Positions 1-10,230 of a stretch of 51,887 bases of DNA are shown here, piece after piece (the stretch's first letter is position 1; each line of letters opens with the position of its first letter). Both the position numbers and the translations under genes were made by a program. The stretch comes from Octopus bimaculoides (lineage: Eukaryota), in contig NC_068986.1 of assembly GCF_001194135.2 (NCBI RefSeq), forward strand, positions 81,910,916 through 81,962,802, read 5' to 3'. A model generated the notes under the pieces. That model did no database searches, was not told where the DNA came from, and saw nothing but the letters and a program-made list of their open reading frames with translations.

Positions 1-368
1 CAACAAAATTTAGTTAAATATTTTTGTTCTTTTATTCACTATATTTATATCTGTCTTTGTTTCCTTATCCATCTGTTTTCACATACATACAAGATCCTGT
101 ACAAAGAATATCTTCAAATGAACACCAAGAGACACACAGTACATCTCATACAGAAATAGAATAAACTTGATATAAAGAGCTGGAAATAGAGACAACTAGA
201 AAGTGGTAATCTCTGTTTTCCTAGATTATTTGCTGCCCTGGGAATGATAAAAAAGATATACATATTTCCAACAACAACAACAACAACGACGACGACGACG
301 ACGACGACGACGACAACAACAACAACAACAGCAGCAGCAGCCGCAGCAGCAGTAACAACAATAATGAT

Positions 369-492
369 TTCAATTTTTAGCACAAGGCCAGCAATTTCGG
401 GACGGGAGTAAGACGACAATATCGACTCCAGTACTCCACTGGTACTTATTTAATCGACCTCGAAAGGATGAACGGTAAAGTCGACCTCGACA
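369..492 (-). mobile_element. SINE-A, 5'-truncated copy
   Basis: Matches the 3' half of full-length copies such as 5701-5915 (cacaaggcc ... ggtacttatttaatcgac ... gaaaggatgaa ... aaagtcgacctcg). Confidence 0.85.
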
Positions 493-514
493 GAACAACA
501 ACAACAATAATAAA

Positions 515-1072
515 TGCCCTGATGCAGTACCAGACAGTGGCTTTCATAGCTTCTGATCTTCACTGACTGGAAGTGTTATCATGTACATTGTTTTGTCCTT
601 GGCATAAAAGCTGGGCTACAGCAAATATTCTGCTTAATACCACAGATTTGCTTATCAGTTGTTTGACCTTAACCAGTTGAACATGTCCCTTAGTGACTGA
701 CGATATGTGTATCTCTGGTCACGAGCAGAAGTAGTGGGGGAGCATCATAGCCATGTGTTGAGAGGAATTCTTTGGGGTTTGAATAATTCATCTTTGGAAG
801 CATAGGCGTTTTGTTCATCATCCTTAGAAAACCCTTTTATTCATGGACCTCTTAAGCGGGATGGTCTACTCGACCTGAAGAAAATTCTCACTGGGCCTCA
901 CCTGCAGGGTCATGTGCTGTTTATCTTGATATGAGATCACCATGCTGCGCACATATGGTTGTAATGCATGTGCCTGGTGTACTCTTATTAGACATGTAGT
1001 CATGATGGGTATAATGGGCTTAGTATATCTTACTCCAGTGTCATTTTGGTTGAATGTACTGCTCTCTCACTT
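515..1072. mobile_element. ~560-bp non-autonomous interspersed repeat flanked by (AAT)n on both sides
   Basis: Reverse complement of 49228-49690 with the same two end points; no TIR, tRNA head or credible ORF. Confidence 0.8.
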
Positions 1073-1098
1073 AATAATAATAATAATAATAATAACAA

Positions 1099-1134
1099 CA
1101 AGAGAACTCAGAGAGCTCAAACTTCCGCCAATGT
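1099..1134 (-). mobile_element. Unit D: ~36-bp 5'-end stub of a fourth array unit
   Basis: caaacttccgccaatgt resembles the 5' end of unit C (caaacctccgccaaggt, 2976-2992) and directly abuts the 3' end of unit C. Confidence 0.5.
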
Positions 1135-3003
1135 TTCTTTATTTTGGCACTACGGCTTCAACACAGAGGGGACACTACAAAGACAGACACAACACCACAG
1201 TGGGGACAAAAACATAAAACGAATGAAAATGAGATGTTATATAAAAATGAAAAATGAAATGGCTGTATGGGCCCCACTCCCATGCAGTATCATTTTACCG
1301 TTTATATAAACTATTTACAATCGTTCTATTATCTCATTGTTTTTTCTTAATCTCGTTTTTTTCCTCTTTTATTTTTAAATGAAACAATTTTACATTTTTC
1401 CTTCTTTCTTCAATAAAACAATAATTTTACTTACTTTTTCCTTTTTAACATCTCATGAAACGTTCTAAATCTTTTAGCTCCACTACAGGTGGCAATTCAT
1501 CAAACTCCACTAACACTCCTGACGGGTCAATCCCTTCTCCACACATGTCTTTTAGTCTATTGTAGGTGTTCTTGTCAACCACGGTGGTCTTCACATTCTC
1601 GGAATACACATCCATGGGCAACTTTACTCGTATAATATGTTTAAACTTTAATAATTTCTTTTCAGTTTCTTTGCTTTTTGTGTACGTCACACAATTCCAT
1701 CGAAATTTTCCTTTTCTTATTAGTTTTCTCTTTTCCTGCTCCGCTCTTGGTACCTTCTTCTTTTCTTTCACTACTCTGAACACTCTCTCCACTTGCGTTT
1801 CTAAATTTTCTTCCTCCACTGGAACAACCGGTGTCTTCACCAATATCTCTTCTTTATGCAACTCCTCCTTGAACACTTCAAGTTCCTTTTCGCTTATTTT
1901 TTCCACCACCATTTCGTCTTCCTTCTGGTCTCCTCCTTTTCCATATCTTCTTTCTTCTCTTTTTGCTGCTCTGGTGGAGAGCTCACTCTCCCACTTCTCT
2001 TTCTTTTTTTAAACACCGTGAACCCCTCCTCTGTTGCTTTCTCCTTTATCTCGACCTATAACACCTGGTCCGTGTTCTCCTTCCTCTCCGTCTGCTCTAT
2101 CTGTTGTTCCCTCTGGGGGGCATCTCGCCTTCATGCGGCCCTTTTCCCCACATGTATAACATATAGGTGGCCTGCCTTCCACCACCACTCTCAATCTTAC
2201 GTCATCGGGCAGCACTATCTCTTCGACAATTCTGCTTAGGTCTTCCACTGTTGCTTGAACGGTTAACTCTATTCCATATCCTCAGTAGTTAACTCTTTGG
2301 GTTCTTGTGGCCTTCAGTATCTTGGCCTCCTCATTCATGTCATACATTTTGGCTATCATCAACCATGCTTCGTTCAGCTCTGGGGGCACTTTGCCAACTC
2401 GCACCCTGGCCACACGTTTGCCACAGTACGATGGCGAAAGTACCCATTTTTTCGATCTTATTGCATCCGTGGAGTGCTTATTTGTTTCTTTTTCTGACGC
2501 AAAACGCACCTCCACAATAGCGTACTTTTCGCTCTTGTTACAATTTTGTGGTTAGTCTTTTTATAATCTTCAAACATTCTTCAATAGCCTCTATTGTCGC
2601 TATTTCTATTTTCCTTGTTGCTATCTTCTTGTCTTATATATCACTGTTCTTTTCATTACATTGGTTGTTAGTTCCACAGGCGGTGTTAATTTCAGTGTAT
2701 TCCCGTCTCTTTCCAGCAACTTCTCGCATTCCTTCATTTTTCGAGGTTCAACCTTTATTTCTCGTACCTCCAGCGTTTCCACGTCTATCCCTTTTCCAGT
2801 TGTAGCCGCATAACTGTAGCCAGCTGCTGGCGTTTTCTCCATTTCTCCCACAATGGGGAAAAACAATTCAAAATAGCACTAGCAACAATTTGAACAGTAA
2901 CAATTAATCAAACAAATATTTAACACTATGAATTATGTCTAACATGACAAAAAACAACTCAAACCACCTGTGACACAAACCTCCGCCAAGGTAACACCAA
3001 CTT
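1135..3003 (-). mobile_element. Unit C: ORF1-only (half-LINE-like) retroelement
   Basis: 5' motif cgccaaggt at 2984-2992; disrupted ORF 2842 to 1445; ~310-bp 3' UTR homologous to that of unit A, ending in AATAAA on the sense strand (gtgccaaAATAAAgaa). Confidence 0.75.
1445..2842 (-). pseudogene. Disrupted ORF1p-like nucleic-acid-binding protein (~465 codons; RRM-like region + CCHC knuckle)
   Basis: Joined from track ORFs 2621-2866, 2282-2515, 2009-2248 and 1445-1912: SYAATTGKG ... VEVRFASE ... RVRVGKVPPELNEAWL ... RVVVEGRPPICYTCGEKGRMKARCP. Architecture resembles Tx1/L1-clade ORF1. One in-frame TGA and about three frameshifts. Confidence 0.7.
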
Positions 3004-3568
3004 CCTTATTTCTTTAATTAGGCACAAGATCTCAGTAGAGAAGGGACAACACAAAAACAGACAAAACAATACATTGGGGTACATAGAAACACACATCGAA
3101 TGAATTATGGATATAATTACGTTCTTAATTCCTCTGAGGCACTCCTCGACCACCTCTACTGCAGCTATTTCCACTTATTTTGTTGCAATTTTTAATGTTC
3201 TGTATACAACTGTTACCTTCTTTGGTGGTGGTGGTGGGGGNNNNNNNNNNGGGTCAACCTTAGGCTATCTCCCTCCTTTTTCAATAAGTCATTGATTTAA
3301 AAAAATTCTTCTGTAATTTAATTTCTGTAACCTGCAGTCTCTCCGCTGACAGGCTTTTGCCAGTCACCGCAGCACTGGTGTACTTTCCATATTATTCACC
3401 ACTTCACCTATAAATGGGGAAGAAAATTTAAAAAAACGGTAACAAGTTCAACAAGTAACAACAGTACAACAATTCAATAATGACAGTTAAGCAAAAACGG
3501 TACTCACAAGAAGCGTTTACACTTCCAACTCACGAACACAAATAAATCACTAACGACAACGCTAACGT
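3004..3568 (-). mobile_element. Unit B: internally deleted copy of the same element
   Basis: 5' end and first ~90 codons (AAVTGKSLSAERLQVTEI ... LLKKEGDSLRLT ... VEIAAVEVVEECLRGIKN) fused at ~3115 to the last ~110 bp of the 3' UTR; contains a 10-N gap. Confidence 0.75.
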
Positions 3569-5358
3569 CCTTATTTCTTTAATTAGGCACAAGGCCTCAT
3601 AGAGAAGGGACAACACAAAAGATAGACAAAACAATACATTGGAGGTACATAAAAACATATAACGAATGAATTATGAATATAAATGAAAATGAAGATGGAA
3701 TGACTTACTTGCCCCACATAAGCAAGTAGTTTCATTTTACTGTTTTTAAATAAAGTGTGTGCTTATCAGTCTTGTATCTTGTTAGTTTTCCTTTTGTTTA
3801 AAAAATCCACACAAAGTCACACCATATGTTTCATCAAATCGTCAAATATTACCACTGGTGGCAATTCATCGTAACGAAATCGAATTCCTGTTATCACTTT
3901 CCTGTCACCAAATATTTCCTGCAACCTTCTTGCTCTGTCTTCTTCCAACATCACCGCTTTCTCATCTCGATTGAACTCACTGTCAGCCACTTTAACTCTT
4001 ATTACATGTTTCATTTCTGAAATTTTATTTTCTATCTCTACACTTTTTTTTGTAACTTATCATAGTTCTTTCATATTTCCCCTTCGGTGGTTCTCTCTGC
4101 TCTTCCTCACCACTCTCTTTCTCTGCTGCTGGTATTCTTGTTTCTGTCCTTCCGTCTCACATTCATGTCTCTTCTTCTTCTTCCGTCCTTCCTCCTCCTT
4201 ACTAGTTGAAGGCAACCGTCTTTGTGTTCGTTCCTCACTTGGCTCCTCATTCTTTCTTTCCTCGTTCTTGTTCTCTGCCTTTCTTTTCTTCTTCGGGCTT
4301 TTACGGGGAGATTCCACATAACTCCTCTTTCTTTCTACCATTGTATATTTTCCCTCCATTTCCTCCTCCGCTGTTGCGCCCTCTTCTTTCTCATGCTCCT
4401 TCTTCGCCTCCTCCTGGTCGTGTTTCTGGGGATACTTTGCTTTCATGTGCCCCCTTACTCCACATAAATAACATACCAGAGATCTCCCTTCCACCACGAT
4501 TCTTAATCTTGTCTCATCTGGTAGCACCAGCTCTTCCGCAATTTTGTGGAGGTCCGGCAGGCTGCTTTGGACCGACACCTCCAGTCCATACCCCCCAGCA
4601 ATTCACCTCTGTCGTTCTCGATATCTTCAATACCTGAGTGTCTTCCTCTGTGTTCTAGAGGATGGCTGCCATCAGTCACGCCTCATCAATTTCTGGGGGC
4701 ACTCTACCTAGTCTTACTCTGGCTGTACGTTTGCCACAGTAAGTAGGTAGCAGTGCCCACTCGGCTGATCTCAAAAGCACAGTGGAGCATTTCCTCGCTT
4801 CTTCTTCGCTTACGAAGCGTACCTCCACTGTGCAGTATTTCCTTCCTCTGGTGTAATATGTCGTTATATCCTTTATCTCTCGTAGACATTCCTCTACCGA
4901 TTCCTCCGCTGCTACTTCAACTTTTTTCGTTGTCACATTCAACGTTCTGTAAATAATTGTCCTTTTTTCAGTTTTTTCAAGTATTTCTTTAGGGGGCGTC
5001 AACCTCAGGCTGTCCCCCTCCTTCTTCAGCAAACCGTTATATTTTAAAAAATTCTTCTCCTTTAATTCGATTTCTTGGACCTGCAGTACCTCCACTGACA
5101 GGCCTTTGCCAGTCACCGCAGCGTAACTGCCCGCTGGTTTACTTTCCGTGACGGTATTATTCATAACTTCACCCATAAATGGGGAATTAAAAATAAAGCC
5201 AGTTAACAACAACAATTTCAACAATTCCAGTTAATAACAGTTCAACAATTCAGTAAATTAACAATACAATACAACAAAACTCACATGGAGCGAACACATT
5301 TCTAACATAGATCGGAATCAAATGATTTGAAAAACAACACTAACAACAACGCCAACGT
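3569..5358 (-). mobile_element. Unit A: ORF1-only (half-LINE-like) retroelement
   Basis: 5' motif cgccaacgt at 5350-5358; disrupted ORF 5176 to 3817; ~250-bp 3' UTR ending cctaATTAAAgaaataagg, which abuts the 5' motif of unit B. Confidence 0.75.
3817..5176 (-). pseudogene. Disrupted ORF1p-like protein (~450 codons)
   Basis: Track ORFs 4676-5224, 4060-4578 and 3817-4014: GSYAAVTGKG ... TVEVRFVSEEEA ... RVRLGRVPPEIDEA*L ... RIVVEGRSLVCYLCGVRGHMKAKYP. In-frame stops and a +1 G in the run at 4591-4596. Confidence 0.7.
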
Positions 5359-5499
5359 TCTCTTAACAGGTTAGCCAGAGATGATTTTTAAAATGAGAAT
5401 ATCTGAAATAAACTCGACTGCTGTCACAAACGAGAATACTAAAATGAGCCCGACCGCTCTCAAAAATTAAGCAACCCCCCCTCAAAAAAAAAAAAAACC

Positions 5500-5697
5500 A
5501 AGAAAATAATCCAGAATCTTTGTCCGGTACCGGATCGATCCCAAAATCTAATCAGTTCGTGCTGGTCACGAGGCCAAACAATCCTGAAAGTTTCATCCGA
5601 ATCCATCCTGCGGTTCTTGAGATATCTTGTCCACGGGCGAACAAACAAACAAACACGACTGAAAACAATACTCCCGCCTTCGCTAAAGCGGAGGTAA
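5500..5697 (+). mobile_element. 3' part of a non-autonomous Helitron2/Helentron-type (HINE/DINE-like) repeat
   Basis: aaagtttcatccgaatccatcc ... gttcttgagatatc core, an (AAAC)n tract and a terminal hairpin ctcccgc-cttcgctaaa-gcggag followed by gtaat. This layout is typical of such elements; the family is assigned from memory. Confidence 0.5.
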
Positions 5698-5700
5698 TAA

Positions 5701-5939
5701 TCCTTTCTTTTATAGGCACAAGGCCCGAAATTTTGCGGGAGGGAGTAAGTCGATCACATCGACTACAGTACTTCACTAGTACTTAATTTATCGACCCCGA
5801 AAGGATGAAAGGCAAAGTCGACCTCGGCGGAATTTGATCTCAGAACGTAAAGGCAGACGAAATACTGCTAAGCATTTCGCCAGACGTGCTAACAGTTCTG
5901 CCAGCTCGCCGCCTTAGACAATGATGATGATGATAATAA

Positions 5940-6000
<61 letters not shown>

Positions 6001-6117
6001 CCTTTCTAGTATAGGCACAAGGCCTGGAATTTGTGGTGGGAGGGATAGTCGATTACATCGACCCAAGTACTTGACTAGTACTTATCGACCCCAAAAGGAT
6101 GAAAGGCGAAGTCGACC

Positions 6118-6154
<37 letters not shown>

Positions 6155-6650
6155 CCTTCCTATTATAGGCACGAGACCTGAAATTTTGGGGGACGAGACT
6201 AGTTAATTACATCAACCCCAGAGTTTCACTGGTACTTAATTTATCGACGCCGAAAGGATGAAAGGTAAAGTTGATTTCGGCGGAATTTGAACTGAGATCT
6301 TAAAGATGGACGAAATGCCGCTAAGCATTTTGCCCGGCGTTCTAACGATTCTGCCAGCTCGCCGCCTTCCAGTAATAATACTTGGAACTGCAAGAATTCC
6401 TCGCAGGGTTCTTGAAGTATGACCAGTAAACAAGTGTCACCTTAGTCTGCTGGTTTCACTTTCCATCATACCCAGCAAAATAAGCTGAGAGTTTTCATCA
6501 AATAATAATAATAGTGGTTTCAAATTTTGTCACAAGGGCAGCAAGACAAAGTCAACGTCAGTCGAATTTGAACTCAGAACAGACCGACGGGCGAAATACT
6601 GCTAAGCATTTCGTCCAGCGTGCTAACGATTTTCTGTCAGATCACCACAT
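5701..6650 (-). mobile_element. Cluster of four SINE-A copies (5701-5915 full, 6001-6118 truncated, 6154-6368 full, 6514-6650 internally deleted)
   Basis: tRNA-like head (ggcggcgagctggcagaa ... ttcaaattcc on the sense strand), GTCGAT-nnn-ATCGAC hairpin, ggccttgtgcc tail followed by (TTA)n. Confidence 0.9.
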
Positions 6651-6800
6651 TCCAATAATAATAATACTTGGAACTGCAAGAATTCTTCGCAGGGTTCTTG
6701 AAGTACGACCAATAAACAAGTGTCACCTTAGTCTGCTGGCTGTGGACAGGCCTCACTTTCCATCATACCCAGCAAAATAAGCTGAGAGTTTTCAGCAAAT
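6372..6800. repeat. ~135-145-bp direct repeat (6372-6503 and 6658-6800) flanking a SINE-A fragment
   Basis: aataatacttggaactgcaagaattc ... cccagcaaaataagctgagagttttca occurs twice, with about 4 substitutions and one 14-bp indel. Confidence 0.9.
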
Positions 6801-8603
6801 GCTAATAACTTCTAACTTGTTGTCTCTTGAGGTCTCTGGGTGAGACTTGGATCCAACTTGTACAAATGCAAAACAAAAGTCAAACATAATAATGATAATA
6901 ATAATAAAACAGCAGGACCTAAGTAACATACAGAAATAGTAATACGTATAGTATACCAAATATTGAAACATAGACGTAGAAAACAAATGGCGTTTTAAAG
7001 ATCTTCGCAAATGATTACATTTTATGAAAAAATTGTCTATGTAGGACAACATTTTCTGGAGATATTGTGAGCTATAGTTTCTTTAAAAGATACGAAGTCT
7101 TGCTGTGACAGGCAATTAAGTCAAAAAGGATTTTACTATGATTTTAGGCTCGTGTATTTTAAAATAGTAGCGGCATAAATTTGCGAAAAATCACATCACG
7201 TATAACAACTTGCATAAATTAACTAAAAAATACATAACAATTTCGTACATAAATTGGTTAAAAAGCCCCAGGAGATATAACAGCGTTTTCACGCATTTAA
7301 AAAAATTTTTTTTTTTTTTTAGTTTATAAACAAATTATGTGAAATTCGTGGAGTAGTTGTACAACAAACTAAAAAATGCAGTTTGCAACAAAAATTTCAT
7401 TCGTAAATAGAGAAATAGTCGTAGAAATAAGTAACTTAAACTAATTAACATGTAGAAATGAAATCTATCATTTGTAATTAACACACCAATCAAATTTGAT
7501 ATGCTGGTTATTTGTGCCAAGCCCTTGCATTTAGAACAAAAACCTGTGCAATACGTAATTAAATATGCAAATTACTTAACTATTTATTCAAATTTCATTT
7601 GTAGAAATTAACATTTTTTTTTCAAATTTACTACTGGGTTATGTTATTTAATATACTTGTTTTTATGTTTCATCACGTTTACATAAAAAACATATACAAT
7701 ACAATAAAATATATATGAATTGTTCTGGAGCTAACTTTTCTCAGATATTTCTTGGTCCATTATCTTTTGCTCTCTGGAGTAACTCTTACAATGTCTCAAC
7801 AAACCAACGGTCTTGTGGATTTATATTAAATTCCTAGTTGTTTTTTTTAAAATTTATTAGCAGTTACTCCACTACCAAAACAAAGAATTTATAAAGCAAT
7901 ATGCCAGATTATTTGAATGATTGAGAAAGGGTCAGAGCTTTTGTACCTGCAAATCCTTTCAGCTATAGGAATAAGGTCTACTTGTAAATGATACACAGTT
8001 GTAGGGTGTAGCACTTAGAAGAGTCCAGTTTGAGTGAAGGAGTTTATTTCAAAATCTAGACCTGCTGATTGGAGTATATTCTCAACACAGAAAATTTGGT
8101 CTCCCCTGGAACACACACCAAAAGGAAAATTGTCTTAAATATACTGTGCACAGGCCATTGTTTTCAAAATTGGCTACAATATTGAGGAGTACATTTTATA
8201 TGAAACTTTGAAAATATTAAATTCGTATCTGCTTTTATTTGATGACAAGAATTCGTTAATTCCCATCACTACCTTCTCCACCACTAAATACGACAAATTA
8301 GCCTTGTATGTTCGCGTGCGCGCATATTTCCTGGGTGTTCTGATATACAACCAGGCACTCCACACACCCATATGTAGAGTATTCTCAATACAAAACAAAA
8401 TAGTAAATGCTATATTAGCAAGACCTGTGGGAGTTATTCGCCCTAGATTATCATCAATATCGACGAACTGTCTTCAATAACGGGATTTGAACTCAGGCCA
8501 CAAAAAGACGAAACAAAATTTACATATATTTTGTCCACTGTACTATCGATAATATATAAAAAAAATTAACCCCGAGCGCAGCATGATTATTATTATGTAA
8601 GTG

Positions 8604-9430
8604 TAAGGCGGCGAGCTGGTAGAATCGTTGGCGCGCCGGGCAATATGCTTAACGGAATTTCATCCATCTTTACGTTCCAAGTTCAAATTCCACCGAGGTC
8701 GACTTTGCCTTTCATCCTCTTGGGGTCGATAAAATAAATACCAGTTGAGTACTGGGGTCAATGTAACCGACTTACTCTCTCCCCCGAAATTGCTGGCGAG
8801 CTGGCAGGATCGTAAGCACGCCGGGCAAAATGCGTAGCCGCATTTCGTCCGTCTTGACGTTGTAACTTCAAATTCCGCCGAGATCAGCTTAACCTTTCAT
8901 CCTTTTGGGGTCAATAAAATAAGTACCAGTGAGTGCTGGGGGTCGATGTGATCGACTTACCCCTCCTCTAAAACTGGTAGCCGTCTGCTAAAGTTTGAAA
9001 CCAATATTATGTAAGAATTTAGCACACCGGGCGAAATGCTTACGTTCTGAGTTCAAATTCCGCCGAGGTTGACTTTGCTTTTCATCCTTTCGGGGTCGAT
9101 AAATTAAGTATCAGTTGTGTACCAGGGTCGATCTAATCGACTGGCCCCCTCCCCGAAAATTTCGGGCCTTGTGTCTAGAGTAGAAAAGAATATTATGTAA
9201 GAGTAAGGTGGAAAACCGACAGACTTGTGAGCACGCTGGTCAAAATGCTCAGAAGCATTTCTACCAGCTTTTATGTCCTGATTTCAAATTCTGCCGAGGT
9301 TGACTTTGCTTTTCCTCATTTAGGGTCGATAAAATGAAGAACTATTGAGCATTGAAGACGATGTGATCGACTATATCCTTCCACCACAAAAAAATTTCAG
9401 GCATTTTGCCTATAGTAGAAAGGAATATTA
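8604..9430 (+). mobile_element. Four head-to-tail SINE-A copies (~8604-8797, 8794-9004, 9016-9190, 9205-9430)
   Basis: Each has gttcaaattc(c)gccgaggt, ggggtcgataaa and a tail; tattatgtaag recurs at three junctions. Confidence 0.9.
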
Positions 9431-9939
9431 TATAATAGTTGACTCTGACAGATTCATAGTGTTTGTGTTCTATAACTATTCAATAAAACTTGCTCAGGAC
9501 AAAAAAAAAAAAATGCCTTAACATAAAGCTTTACCACTATGCTGCGAGGCTAAACATGGTTGAATCGTATTTAAAATGTTATAAACATTTAATATAAAAT
9601 TCTGTACACAAAAATTTTGAACTATACTTAATTATTCAGTCTCAGTGACAAGATTTACATAATATTTCTTGAAGAGGAAGTCGCAATTTTGGGGGTTGCG
9701 GCCTGATTGTTAAGAGAGGGGTGTATAATGTAAGTTTTTAGCCTTGGGTCTGAACTGGTGGACTTGGTGTCATTATAATCATTCAAGCTGTGATCTATCT
9801 TATCAAAAGGACAGCATATATTATTGTGTTACTTACATTTTAAATCGTAAGATGTTATTTGAGCGAAATTTCATTCTATTCCTAACAAGTTGACCTACTG
9901 CATACAGCCTCCTTCGTTGACTGGCGCGCACGTGTAGGA

Positions 9940-9959
9940 GTGTGTGCATACGTGTGTGT

Positions 9960-9990
<31 letters not shown>

Positions 9991-10230
9991 CGCGTGCGTG
10001 CGTGCGAGGTGTGTGCAATTGTGTGTGTGCATTTGTTTGTGTGTGTGTTATGTGCGTGTATGTGCGTGCATATCAAAGTGCGTGCTTTGAGAGTGTGTGA
10101 GTGCGGGTGAATGGGTATGAGAGTCTGTGTGTGTGTGTGTGTGTGTGTGCGCGCGCATGTATATGTAAGTATGTGCAAGTCAGAGTGCGTGCGCGTGTGT
10201 GTGGGAGAGTGCGTGCGCGTAAGCGAGAGT
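9940..10230. repeat. Imperfect (GT)n/(GC)n alternating purine-pyrimidine tract
   Basis: Read directly from the sequence. Confidence 0.85.

Noticed and set aside
2282-4680. Stops at homologous Trp positions (TGA at ~2282 in unit C and ~4676 in unit A) suggesting A-to-I rescue or a TGA=Trp code
   Set aside because: Both ORFs also carry frameshifts, and G>A or C>T stops occur in the unrelated HERO and R4 relics too. Ordinary decay is enough to explain them.
1099-5358. Array as a telomere-maintenance (HeT-A-equivalent) structure or an endogenous virus
   Set aside because: It is flanked by ordinary interspersed repeats with no (TTAGGG)n, and there are no LTRs, PBS, protease, integrase or capsid motifs. 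HeT-A is used only as an architectural analogy.
2980-5697. acctccgc at the unit C 5' end matches the reverse complement of the Helentron-type end (gcggaggt, ~5688-5695)
   Set aside because: Only 8 nt, and not shared by units A and B; cannot be distinguished from chance.
5701-9430. Regularly recurring repeats as a CRISPR-like array
   Set aside because: They are ~200-bp SINE copies with tRNA-like heads and TSDs in eukaryotic DNA, not short repeats with unique spacers.
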